A stretch of 64,000 bases of DNA, taken from Phoronis australis (taxonomy: Eukaryota; Animalia; Phoronida). The stretch covers positions 352,868 through 416,867 of the forward strand of contig NMRA01000379.1 of assembly GCA_002633005.1 (NCBI GenBank), in the 5' to 3' direction. This document shows positions 51,812 to 63,565 of the stretch, one piece after another. Within the stretch, counting starts at the first letter, position 1, and every line of letters starts with the position of its first letter. The position numbers were made by a program, and so were the translations under genes. The notes under the pieces were generated by a model. It was not told the origin of the DNA and made no database searches. It saw only the letters and a program-made list of their open reading frames with translations.

Positions 51812-52416
51812 CTGTGTTGTGAAACAAAGACGTGAAACGTTAGACATAACACGGATTTTGATTTAGGACATTCCGAATCACGTTTCAACATGACATCCCG
51901 TTTTTAAAGTAAACAAAATTCGGTACAGGATTAATAATTCTTTTTTATTTAAGTGATTAAAATAAAGTTATAAACACCGAAATCGTACACCAGCATATCT
52001 CTTGAAAGTTTTTCTTTCACTGAAAAGCACTGTACATTTACTCTCCATCACAAGAAAACTTTTGGTTTGAATCCGTTATCGTCGAATAATGAACTGCTGC
52101 TTCTTCGCAAACCCTGAAATTACTTCTCATTATTTCTCGCAATGTTATAGCTTTAACATTTTAATAAAAATGCTTCCTGGACGGAACACGGGATATGGTT
52201 GAAAATGTCTTCATGCTTTCAGACACTTGTGTTCACGTAATTCAGTTGATGAGTTGACGTGTTTCTAAGAAGATATTGTTGGTGCTCATGATGAGATAAA
52301 GCACGTTCTTGCATAAGAACCCATCGAGGTTGCTGACGTTACAATGTGAGCAGAAATTACCAGATGAATAGAATCGTCATATTTAATAGATGTACTTAAA
52401 TTATGAAAACACTTAC

Positions 52417-52537
52417 CAGAAAAGCGAAGTGAGAACAAAACGTTATGGTAAGTTGTACGCCATTTACAGTTTTTGCTCTTGCGTGCTTTGACAAGGCAAA
52501 TGTTGTGATCAAAATGAAGACTGGAACGATAACAAAC
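52417..52537 (-). CDS. TMEM145: TMEM145-like exon (TM6-TM7)
   Basis: TAG acceptor and GTAAGT donor, 121 bp, phase 2/0. Encodes (W)FVIVPVFILITTFALSKHARAKTVNGVQLTITFCSHFAFL (family 'REK.VNG'). Confidence 0.9.
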
Positions 52538-52940
52538 CTACAAAACCAAATTTACGCATACATTTAATAACGAGAAATGGGGATACACAAAATTCTCGAT
52601 CGAAATATACAATCTTATCTCCGTTACAACAGAGAGCCATTCAGGCAAGTTGTCAGAAATGTTCACGTAGTATCTCTCATACATCGGATTAGGTAAAACT
52701 CCAACAAAGGAAGTGCAATTCAATTAAAAGAGCTTCAAACACAAACTGCTACGTGACGCGCTTTCTGTGAAAATAGCTACATTTAAACAACTTGAAGTTG
52801 TAAACTAGACCTCAAGTCTTCCCTCAGGCTAAAATGAGTGTGGGGCTAGAGCCTGAAGACCATAATCAGTGGATAAAATGGGCAGCGGGGTCAATCAAAC
52901 TTGACTAGCCTGGTGTCAAACAATAGTGAACTGCCAATTC

Positions 52941-54285
52941 CAGGCTTTGAAGAGTTCCTAGTTTTCCTATTTTTTGGCCTTTTCCTATTTTTTTTTCTGA
53001 AATTTCTTATGTTTCCTACTCTTCCTATTTTTTCTCATTGCTGTAAAATTTCCGTCCAAGTTATGTTTTTGGGGGTAGTGAGTAGTGTATGTGGTTATCA
53101 GATGCAGCACACGAATGACTTCCTCAGCACAAGCAATGCTCAGCAAAAGATTATTTAGTTGGAGAGCCATCAGGACTTTATTCACGCTTTAGATTGCAAA
53201 AGGTTTGAGTGAATAATTCTATTGTACATCACACAAACCATTGAAGGAAAGAGGCTTCTTTAGACGCACAATCCTGAGTTTAGCTGTAATCTGAAGTTAG
53301 CTTAGTTACCCCAGATGTATCTTTAGTTAAATTTTTGTTTCATTTTTGTTGGATTTGAGAATAAATTGGTGATATCTTCAGATGTATGTTTGTGCATTTT
53401 AAATAAAACGTTTCATCATTAGTAGTAATCAAAATTGTTGTACTTCTTCTTTTATACAAGTTAATCTTTGCACGTCTTTCTATCCCTTGGGGCCTTAACA
53501 CTTCCGACTTATCTGCAAACCCATGGATAATTTCAGTCTAAAGCTGAGGGTATACTGCCCACTGTTACTAAACTATCTTTAGAAAAAGAATTTTTGTTGC
53601 ATTTTAAAGTTTGAAGAAATTGTTAATCGGCCAAAAATTAATAAATGTCAATCAATAGTATAAAATTTTTTCATATCATAAGTTGTATTTTGTTCATTTG
53701 AAGTAATATTTTATCCATACTAGTAATAAAAATTTCGAATTTCTTCTTTTATTAGTTCATTTTTAAGGGTCTTCTTATCCCTTGGGACTCCAAACACCCC
53801 CGTCTTATCTGCAAACTCCAGGAAAATGGCATCTTAAGTTTTGGATATGGTGTCCAGCGTTTCTAAGCTATCATTAGGAAAAAGAACTTTTGTTACACTT
53901 AAAAGTTTAAATAAATAGTAAATTGGTCGTTAATTAGTAGGCGTCTTATTTAAGCACTCAGATACTTTCGAGTCTTAAATTACATTTTAAGTTGAGTGGT
54001 GATTTGAATTAAATAAACTTGCTTAAAACAGGGTGTTGCACTCGAAGTTTTTGTGTCCTCTTTTGAATCCTCAAGGACCAAAGCCCAGGATTGCGCAACT
54101 CAAGACGCTTCGTTCCTTCAATGGTGTGTGATGTAAAATAGAATTACGCAGTGAAACTACTGAATGTCTGCTCTTTTCCTACGTTTTCCTACTTTTTACT
54201 TCTAGAGCTCCTACTTTTTCATACTTTTTTTAAAAATGTGTCATACCTTTTCCCTACTTTTTGTCCAAGGTTTCTTGAAAGCCTA
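52941..54285. mobile_element. Intronic deletion derivative of the 10760-14247 element, opposite orientation
   Basis: CAGGCTTTGAAG...CTTGAAAGCCTA with TCCTACTTTT arrays and the same internal arms. Flanks CAATTC/CACTTG. Confidence 0.8.
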
Positions 54286-54346
54286 CACTTGTTTCCCAGG
54301 ATCATAGGTCACTTCTAATCAAAGCAGTTGAGAACAGTTTTATAAT

Positions 54347-54510
54347 GGTGCATTGTCAGCTAGCATTGTTTGACAGAAAGCAGGGAGAATACATAGTTTT
54401 GTAACGGTGCATTGTCAGCTAGCATTGTTTGACAGAAAGCAGGGAGAATACATAGTTTTGTAACGGTGCATTGTCAGCTAGCTTTGTTTGATACAAAACA
54501 GTGAGAGAAC
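54347..54510. repeat. 59-bp minisatellite, ~2.7 copies
   Basis: Unit ggtgcattgtcagctagcattgtttgacagaaagcagggagaatacatagttttgtaac starts at 54347, 54406 and 54465. Confidence 0.92.
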
Positions 54511-54690
54511 ATAACAGCTTTAACATTACACATCCAGTGTGATCCATGGTGGATGAAATATTCCTAAGATTGGTTTCAGACTTTAACACACCTGTACACA
54601 GCCTGCAGGTAATGTTGATCTGACAAATAATGAATAATGAAAAACGAGATATACATCAAAGTGAATTCGGTTTCAAATCCGTTAAGTTAC

Positions 54691-54863
54691 CAAGCACTGA
54701 AGAATGTTGTGAAATAAATGTAGAATCCGGTTTTCCCAGGGAAATGTTTCACTGTGAAGAGGACTGCATATAGGAACCACACGAAGCCTAGAAGTTTTAG
54801 TGCGATTAGGAAATAACCAGGTGGACTCTCGTAAATATACAGCACCTTGCCAGGGTCAGCCAC
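54691..54863 (-). CDS. TMEM145: TMEM145-like exon (TM5-TM6)
   Basis: CAG acceptor and GTAACT donor, 173 bp, phase 0/2. Encodes VADPGKVLYIYESPPGY...KHFPGKTGFY (family 'DPGEVLY.YESP.GY'). Confidence 0.93.
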
Positions 54864-55164
54864 CTGCAAAATTAATGAAAGGTATTGTAATTGAACAATC
54901 ATATATGCATACATTATATACTGTAAATACAAACTAGTAATGATGACATGAATGATTGTTCTTTCCTGAGAAAGAACCAAGTGAAGGTACAATGTGAAAC
55001 GCATAACAATTGCGTTTTTTAATTTGAAAACAATATAGTATAAACAAAAACTGACTTTTGGTTGAATATTTCCCATCTGGCAGTCTTTGTTTTAAGAAAT
55101 TTATATCCATTGAGTGTATATGCACATGCATAAAAACTTATCGTGCAAACAGAAACCAACGTTT

Positions 55165-55880
55165 TAGTGAATACTTCTCATCTTACAGTCTTTGTTATTT
55201 ACACAACCAAGCAAAACGCTGTAGGTTAACAGTTTCGGCTAATCACACCAGCCATCTTCGGAAGCTATTGGACACTAGGTGGCGTGATGATGACAGTGTT
55301 CCAAATTTTAGATAATTTGTGCAACCCATCCTCCCTGTTCATAACAGAGCCACTTTTTACTCACCCAAGCAGACTCTCTTATCCGTTTAGATCTTAAGTT
55401 ATTTTCAGACTCAACAGGACGAGCGTCTTTCCAGTTAGTTACATGATTAAAACTGGGTGAGAGATTTCAGTCAGGCTTAACGAACACAGAAAGGAGGTGG
55501 ATGAGCTACTTCAACGTAAAGTCACACTTTCAGAGAGGATATGGTCTCAGAATACTGTTAACAATTGTACAGTGACCGATCATGCTGTTGGTTTTAATCA
55601 TGTAAGTAACTGGAAAGACTATCTTCCAGTCAAGTCTGAAAATAATTTAAGATCTAGACGGATAAGAGAGTCTATTTGGGTGAGAAAAAATGGCTCAGTT
55701 AAGAGCAGGGACGATGGGTGAGTGGGGGGGGGGGTATCAATTATCTAAAATTTGGAACTATGCCATTATCACGCCATCTATTGCCCAATACCTTCCGAAG
55801 ATGGAGATGGCTGCTGTGAGTAGCCGAAACTGTCAAGGTACAGCGTTTCGCTTGGTTGTGTCAATAAGAATTAATGCATG
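55165..55880. mobile_element. Penelope-like element 3' end in inverted arrangement (GIY-YIG remnant)
   Basis: The plus arm (55457-55880) encodes RLNEHRKE...VTDHA..NHV.NW...RRIRESIWVR...RDDG..YQLSKIW. An inverted copy of the same end lies at 55165-55455. Confidence 0.85.
55789..55840 (+). ncRNA. Hammerhead-like motif in the Penelope 3' end (inverted copy at 55222-55267)
   Basis: TACCTT-CCGAAGA-(stem GGCT..AGCC)-GAAAC-t-GTC-AAGGTA. Stem I is a perfect 6 bp. The core is CCGAAGA rather than CUGANGA. Confidence 0.55.
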
Positions 55881-56006
55881 TATACTCTACCAACCTTACG
55901 AAATTATTTAGTTACAGTCTGTGTTAAATAAGTTATATCCATTCCACATGCATGAAACAGGCGACTTTAACCCCCCAAAAGCCTACGTAAGAGAAGATAC
56001 ACTTAC

Positions 56007-56179
56007 ATACTGATTCCAAATATACATCACAATATACGATACAATAAATATCGTCATATAGACTGAAATTTTAACGGTACTCTCCGAACGCAGCCTGCCT
56101 CTTGTAACTGTGTAGCCCTTTGCGAGAAGAACAAGTAGGAGAAGAAATATGAGTGATCCCGCGTCTTCAAGGAGCCGCC
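56007..56179 (-). CDS. TMEM145: TMEM145-like exon (TM3-TM4)
   Basis: TAG acceptor and GTAAGT donor, 173 bp, phase 1/0. Encodes GRLLEDAGSLIFLLLLVLLAKGYTVTRGRL..., with the hallmark LLAKGYTVTRGRL motif. Confidence 0.93.
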
Positions 56180-56377
56180 CTAATAAAGAAACATCAAATA
56201 CAAAGACAGTGAGATATGATGCTATCAGGGGCAAAACACATAATTATTATGACATTGCCAGCTGTGACTATCAGTTAGTCTAAAGAAAATCTCCTTCCAT
56301 CCCAAATCACGCACTCCTCCTTGGTCAAGATCAGTTTTAAGGGAAAATTATCTAGTACAAATAGTTTTACATTAAAC

Positions 56378-56490
56378 GAGGCAGTGTGGCGTAGTAGGAT
56401 AATTATCTGCTTCTTTTACTCAAAGTCGTGGGTTTAATTAACACTGGTGCACACTGCCAGACCCCTGAGTCAGGTCTCTAACTCCTCAGT
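56378..56490 (+). repeat. Degenerate tRNA-derived SINE head
   Basis: Box A-like TGGCGTAGTAGG, a box B-like gtcgtgggttta, then a ccctgagtcagg..taac segment typical of SINE bodies. Confidence 0.35.
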
Positions 56491-56519
56491 TTGATTTGTA
56501 TCATATGTTAAAAAAGTAT

Positions 56520-58680
56520 AACAAGAGCAACGCGGAACCTTTAAAATGCACTTATGACTGCGCTGCAAGCGGTGTGCTTCTAAGGGTTTATTTCTAGCAC
56601 AAACATGTCCATTAGATGGCACAGAATACATTGATCCCATCCAAAAAATGGGAAGCTGTCAACGCCTCTCAAAATTATTTGCCAAATTTCAGGGAAATCC
56701 GACAAAGAACTCAAATGGCAAATGTATAGTGAACAAACTTCTATTAGGAACTACAGCAGTAGTCGCGTCTGTTCATTTCTGAATAGGAATACATTTGCAA
56801 ATTTTATAATCATCTTGCAATGGTTTTAGAAGGTGCAGTCGTTAATGCGAAAAATGTCACCAGAAGCCGGCACAATAGTTGGACCTGTTGGAAAATCCAC
56901 GTCAGCCATGCACTTATCAGGAGGAACACATCTCCCAATTTTCATAAGGAAAACTGGCAGATACAAAAGCACACGACAAAATAGACTTAAAACAATTAAA
57001 TTGTTGGTTTAGAGTACGTCGAATTCATCACAAAAAGTAATGGTGTCATCGTTTTCACAACAAAAATTTGTTTGCCCAATTTCATAAGAAAGCATCAAGC
57101 AGCTCTAACGTAAAAAATAAAATTGCCACAAGGAAGAACAGCTGTCGTTGGATTAGTCTAAAACTGGACGTCATCTGTTACCATGTCCATTAATACACAT
57201 CTGCTAAATTTCAGAAAGACCTTGCAAAGGGTAAAGGATATACAGCCGTGAACACACAGGAGGGGGGGGGGGGTGGTAGGCACAGTAAGTGAACACTAGC
57301 CTAAGGGACAATCAACGCCAGCCTCGGTCTTCTCATCAAGAACACATCTTCAAATTCTTCCAGAGGCTCGGTGGATGGAGAGGGAGTTGTCAAAAACGTA
57401 CTCATTTTTTAAAGTGGTCACTGAGTGGCGCAGAATACGTCAAGTCTGCCGGAAAACCTGAAAGTTTCGAATTGTCCTTAGTAGCAATCTATTTGCAATT
57501 TTTTTTTGATAATTAAAACTGCCGCTGTACGTCATATCCATCCAAAAACAGGAAACTATCGACTCTGTAATAGAAACATGATTATAAAATTTCATACAAA
57601 TCTCCCAAAGAGTTTCAACGGTACGGAGGACAACGAACAAAAAATGAAATTGCCCCTAGTGTGCACTGCGATGGACGGATCCAAATTTCATAGCTGTCCG
57701 TTGTCAATTTCATATAAATACAATAAAGGTCATGCGGGGGTTTTGCCACTATGAGGCGCCAGAGTAGTTCGAATCGTCCCAAAATCATCAGCCGTTCATT
57801 TTACAATAGAAACATAAATGCAAATTTTCAAAATCATCTCTAGAGTGGTCTGGTTGGTATATTTTTGGAGGCCAAAAACGAGCTAGAAAACAGTAAAGAT
57901 GACCACTAAATGGTTCAAAATAAGTCGCATCCTTCCAAAAACGGGGACGAGTCATCGTTTCTTTAATAGAAAGCTAATTACACATTTTTAGCAGAATCTG
58001 TCAAGGAACTGAAGAAACAGAGGAAAATGGGAAAAATGAAATTCCACCTAGGGACAGAGGGTTCGTCGGATCCGTTTAAAAGTTATCGACGTCCCTTGTC
58101 AGCTTCATAAAAATACACTTGCTGAATGTAATAAAGATCCTGCAGAGGGTTTAGGAGATGAATCCATGGGCGCACAACTAAAACAAAACTGCTACTAGGA
58201 GGCGCCACAGTAGTAGAAGTGGTCGGAAAATCATGGTCATCTGTCCTCCTCACAGTAAGAACATATATTCCAATTTTCACAATTTGGAGGAGGCCAAAAA
58301 ACATACTAGAAAACCGTAAAATGGCCACTAGATGGCGCACAATACTTCAAATCTATCCGAAAACGTGAGCATGGCGTCACCTTAGTGATAGATACCTATT
58401 TACAAAATTTTATGAAAGTCTGCTGAGGACCTTTGAAGATACAGAGGTAAACGTGAAAAAACAAAATTGCCACTAGGGGCACACCTGTAGTCGGACCCGT
58501 CCGAAAGTTCGCACATGTAGTACAATTCATGAAAAGGAACACATGTGTAAACAGGCATACACCAAAGGGTTTTGGAGATAGAGTAGCGGACGGAAGGACG
58601 GACAGACGGACGGACGGAAGGAAGGAAGGACTGGGATGACGGCCTAATGCGCCCACATATGATGAATATATGGGCACATA
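56520..58680. repeat. Non-autonomous Helentron-associated-like repeat with degenerate internal units
   Basis: Starts AACAAGAG and has repeated cca.tagatggc / aaatttca units. It ends with a (GGAC/GGAA)n microsatellite and the hairpin gcccacatat..atatatgggc. Confidence 0.45.
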
Positions 58681-59238
58681 GTAACAGTTCCAGGTGATCG
58701 CTGCAATTAATAGGCTCACTTGATCAGCCTGTGCACGTCTGGTATTTCGTATACCAGGAGGCCTGAAACTAATCATTTTATATTTATTATTTTTTCTCGC
58801 ACATAATTGCAACTATCAAATGACTGTTTGACTCTCCTAATCGCTTTGTTGCCCCACCTAGCCGAAAGTTATGGAGGACAATCATAGACCACTCTCGGAA
58901 AGTTGTACTTGTGATCCATACTGTTACAAAACTGCCTTTCACATCGTCAGTTGGCTTCGGATAGTCGCTACGGCAACGCCTTCATAAGACCTCGTTCACC
59001 ATTTCACTTTTCTACTTAAGCATGAGATTTGGCTCAGTGGAAGCCAAAGTGTCCAGCAGCAACTTCGGAGTTGGTCACTTTGATTCCTAGGTACTAACTT
59101 CTAAGTTCTGTTAATTTACTTTTCCCCGACATTATCCCTTCATGCAATTAGTCAATTTAAAAGTTTTAACAGAAAAAAAACATTAGCATTTATAAATGTG
59201 TAATCAAAGAATCTACAGTTTGAAGAGCAAATTCTTAC

Positions 59239-59388
59239 CCATAATAGTTAGGCCCTTTTGTTCTTCTCCGTTCGTCATGTAAATTCCATATGATAAAATC
59301 ATGAAAATTAGATGCAGAATTTGGCAGACCAATGATGTCATGTACATCATGTATGTACTGGTAAGAGAGTTCATTTTCTTGAGAGTGA
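59239..59388 (-). CDS. TMEM145: TMEM145-like exon (TM2)
   Basis: CAG acceptor and GTAAGA donor, 150 bp, phase 1/1. Encodes TLKKMNSLTSTYMMYMTSLVCQILHLIFMILSYGIYMTNGEEQKGLTIM. Confidence 0.88.
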
Positions 59389-59959
59389 CTGTAACAGGAA
59401 AATGTCCATCTATACTAAGTCACAGGGCGCATAGGCGACACATTTCAGTCCTCAGTTTGTAATTAACTAATTAAAGCTATTATGTGTACAGTAAAAAACA
59501 GAATTTACTGTTTCAAAAGCGTGGGTCCGAAGTTCAAGGTCAAACTTGAACTTCATCATATACGTTGTGCTCTAGGGTGAACTCAAGGTAGACGTTTTAA
59601 ATTTCATACGGGAGTACAACATAACTTACATGTACGGACTTTATGGGTACATAATCCCAACCTCGCACTTATTGACATCAGAAGGTATTAATTCCTGATG
59701 AAAGTCTAAGCTTGGATATCGTACCAAAAATCAGGTCAAGTTTTCGAAGATTACTTGAGAAATCAACACATTCCGTTCTGAACAAAGTTTAATGTGGGGA
59801 CATTATGCAAAACTATTAACGATTACAATTCTGCTCTTACAAGTGAGTCCGAGGTCATAGACACGGATATTTTGTCAGACTTCAAAATGTTTATTATCCT
59901 TAAGCAAGCAAAACTACAAAACAAAAATGAAACAATAGAGCAAAACAACATGGATTATG

Positions 59960-60400
59960 CTGACTAACCAAGAGATAACACTACAGGTTTTTGTGAAAAT
60001 ATGTAACTTTCGGCCAGTATGATCAGTACGTTAACCTCACAATTTTCCTGTTGAGTATTTTTAAGACTCCAAACAAAACAGTTACTCTGTTTGCAGGAAG
60101 ATCTACATGATATATTTGCTTCAACTAAGAGCCAAAAACAGACCACATTCTCAAAACAAATGAGGAAAGGTTTCACTGTGCTCTCCACAGAAAGATTCGA
60201 ACATAAGACATCTTATCTGCCTTTACTTTACTTTGATGCAAAAAGTTATTAGTTTTCAATATCCTGTGAATTAGGTGGTACTGAAACCAACGTAATTTCG
60301 TATCTATTGTACAGTTAAAAGGGAGTTGATTTACTACTCGCTGCCATGTGCCAGGGTCAATGGAATTAACATTGTTCAAAACGAATTTGATATTTACATC
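59960..60400 (-). mobile_element. Degenerate L1/Tx1-type ORF2 C-terminal (zf-RVT) fragment
   Basis: PFNCTIDTKLRWFQYHLIHRILKTNNFL, matching the Tx1-like 'DTKLR.FQYK..HRIL.TN..L'. Confidence 0.75.
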
Positions 60401-60866
60401 AGATACTTTTCTGTTTCTATGTTTACAAGTGACTGTACGAAGGTTTTTACTTTAAGATGCAGATGCAAATCCGACGACTATTAAGGATGAACAAAATGCA
60501 CAAAGCACAAAACATACATTCAACATTTGTTCGGATTTTTTTCTACAAATGAGTTCTTTTTTTTCTTACGTTCACGTCATTGTCAATAAGATGAAGGAAC
60601 ATTTGTTGTTCAAAATGACCTTTAATTCAGTTATCATCGTTTTGTTGCCTTCATTTTAAACTGTTTAATTTGTAGGAATGAAACATGAAGCATTGACAGC
60701 TTCTCATAAAATCAAAACGACAATTTCGTGACTCTGGCTAAGAACTAATATTTCGAAATTTATTAGCGTTGAACTCTAACCAAATATAAGCCCTAAATTA
60801 CGTGTTTTCAGCAAACACACAGTGCGTACTTTTAATAATATAAAAAGTATCAAACTCGACACTTAC

Positions 60867-60938
60867 CCGACACATAACAGGATAAAATAAATACCACCAC
60901 ATTCACTACCAGAAAACCAATGTCTGTTTCAAAAATGT
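60867..60938 (-). CDS. TMEM145: TMEM145-like exon (TM1)
   Basis: TAG acceptor and GTAAGT donor, 72 bp, phase 1/1. Encodes DIFETDIGFLVVNVVVFILSCYVS. Confidence 0.88.
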
Positions 60939-61259
60939 CTAGAAAATAAACACAACGCATTATTAAGACAACCAATAAACAAGTTTCGCGTACTTAATGT
61001 TTTCAAATCACTATTTGAGTGTTGATTAGTTCATCTATTACTCAAGTATAACTGAAAAAGGCAGCATAGTTAAAGCATTCAACTTTTGATGACTTCATTC
61101 AACATAATCCTCATTGACGCAAATGTTTGGATGTGGAAACCAAAGCTTAATATTTTTTGCATCATTTACAGATTTCGTCACTGAAACGTTTCGATCTTTA
61201 CGTCACACCCTAACCTAGAGAACGAGCGAGCACCCGAAATGCGAATTTTTATAGCTTAC

Positions 61260-61344
61260 CAAATTCGTCGGCTGACAGGTGTCTGCGTAGAAAATCTCCC
61301 TCGTCTCCATTGTACATCGTTAAGTTGTATGCTAATTTCAAACC
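61260..61344 (-). CDS. TMEM145: TMEM145-like exon
   Basis: TAG acceptor and GTAAGC donor, 85 bp, phase 0/1. Encodes GLKLAYNLTMYNGDEGDFLRRHLSADEF (family 'HFSADE' motif). Confidence 0.9.
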
Positions 61345-62677
61345 CTAAAAGTTTAAATTTGAGAACTCTAGTTTTCCAATATCATGGAATCAGCGAACCA
61401 TTTGTCTCATAAAATACGTTTGACAGCATCTGCAGGTTTTATCTACATAAAACTGGCGAAATTCAAGGGTGTTTCATTTTTCTCCATCAATGTTGCTTTT
61501 ATAGGGGTATGGAACGCGATAAAACTTAAAATATCTTTTAAACAGATCGTGGCGAATCTACTTGTTGTGAATGCTAACTTAAGTGTTATACACATTGAAT
61601 ACTTTGAAAAATTCTAGAAAAATCGATTGTTATATTCACTATTTTTGAAACAAAGACGAAATAAAAATTTCGATCCCAAGACAGTTTTCAAATTCTCCGC
61701 CCATAGCGATACATGTATACGTGCATACGCTCAAAGAAGTCAGACTAGATAAAGTTCAGTAACGCTAGAACCTAGCTAAAAACAAGAATTCGCGAGATTA
61801 CGCGAGATATTGTTGTGTATTTTCAATGAGAGTACGTGATTTCTTCTGAACTCTACCATGGTTGCTAATTGAAGTCGCCATTGTTTCGTTAACATCAATA
61901 ATCAACGGTCAGGAAAATGTGTTACTTCTGTTTCTTGCCATACCAAGTAAGGAGACGTGCTTTGCCTTGTGAGGGAAAGTAGACGGGCAGTTGACAGGTC
62001 GTTTTTTCAATTTGAAATTAAAGGGAAAATACTCTGACGTCAACAGAGATTCAAAATCTTTTAGAACAAACCGTAAAACACCTGGTGAACAGTTTAACTT
62101 CTGTTTCAGAGGCAGAGAACCACATTGAATAAAGTAATGTTTTTCATATTCTTTGCACTTTTAGCGAAATTTGACGTCAATCATTTACTTACTAAGTCAA
62201 CACTGGTGTGACTTCGGTCATATTATCTCCATTATCGTAACAGCTGACACGCCGTATTTTCAGACGGATGAGTGCATGGCGTTACAAAGTAATGTCAAGC
62301 ATTTGAAGTAATTCCAAGCGATTTTTTGCGTTTGTTTCCTTCATCTACAATCATTTCTCGTTAATTGTCTCTTTGTCGAATTATTTTGGAAAGGCTCACA
62401 CAATATCGTCGATTTCCAGTCGGCAGTTCTAGGCAAGCCGACTGGTGGTCGAGACAGTCTCGCTAACACTGACTGCTTCATTCTGATATTAACTCATAAT
62501 GCCATGATAAACCATTTAGTTCTTTACGCCTGCGTATAAATATCCTTCAAGTAAATGGTCTGGCTAGTTTTGGGTATAAAGATCAGCAAAGCGCCAGCAA
62601 ACGTGGCCCTTTTAACCGTTCGAATTCCTGGCCTGTTAGTGAACTAGGAAGACCATATACAGTGTACATGTACTAAC

Positions 62678-62866
62678 CTTTTCGGAGTCGCAGTTGTCGA
62701 CGGCAAAATACCACCACCTGTCACGCGCGCTCACAAAACCTCGAGTATCAACGCATTTATACACAGTCTGGCCATCTTTTACCACCTCCTCACAGGGATC
62801 TGGAGTGTCTAACGTTATCACTTGTCCATTTTCTGGATGTAGTATGGCGTGTTTAGCTGTGCAGTT
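62678..62866 (-). CDS. TMEM145: TMEM145-like exon (luminal N-terminal region), first exon visible in the window
   Basis: CAG acceptor and GTTAGT donor, 189 bp, phase 0/0. Encodes NCTAKHAILHPENGQVITLD...GFVSARDRWWYFAVDNCDSEK, matching the TMEM145 'R.RWWY.A..NC' motif. Confidence 0.9.
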
Positions 62867-63276
62867 CTGTTTTTTAATAAACAAGTGAACAAAAATGTTA
62901 TAAGATCAGTTTTCCAATGGCCACACATACAGGTTGTTCTATTGAAACATAATCCCCTGTGTAAAAAGATGTGTAAAAAGATATCTCGGAGTTGAAAACA
63001 GACCCCGGCACCGTCAAACAGCTAACTAAAACACGAACTCCGACCTTTAAATCAGGAACCCCGGGGATCGGGCGGGAAACCCGGACAATTTTTCAAATTT
63101 TCTTAGACCGTTGTCAGTAGCCTCAAACTTCAAGTTAAAGCATCTTCAAGTACTTTCCAGTTTTCTGCATTCGTTTGTGAAAAACCTATCAATAGGCCTA
63201 ATAAAACGTAACTTATATAATATTGATTCACGACCTTGAACATATTACAATTAAGCACCGATGTGTCTGTACAACA

Positions 63277-63560
63277 GACCACATTCCTCCATTACTCATG
63301 TCGGTTTGTTTACCTATAAAACGCTACCAGTTGACAATTTGGCAAGCCAATCAGAAACACTTGACAGTTGTAATTTTTCCTCGAGGAAAATTAAATGATA
63401 CCTGCGTGCTCGCTTCTTCCCTGCATGTCCGCTAGGGGGAAGGAAACATGCAGGTATCATTTAATTTTCCTCGGGAAAAATTACAATGGCGGTCGAATTG
63501 TCAACAGGTAGCGCGTTATACGAAAACAAATCGGCATGACTGATTTGGAAGTGTGTGGAT
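63277..63560. repeat. ~285-bp palindrome built from the 33322-family MITE sequence
   Basis: ttgtaatttttcctcgaggaaaattaaatgatacctgc is mirrored by gcaggtatcatttaattttcctcgggaaaaattacaa, and the outer arms also pair. Confidence 0.8.
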
Positions 63561-63565
63561 ATAAT

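Noticed and set aside
61170-61215. Hammerhead-like GATCGAAACGTT on the minus strand
   Set aside because: No CUGANGA core or stem I.
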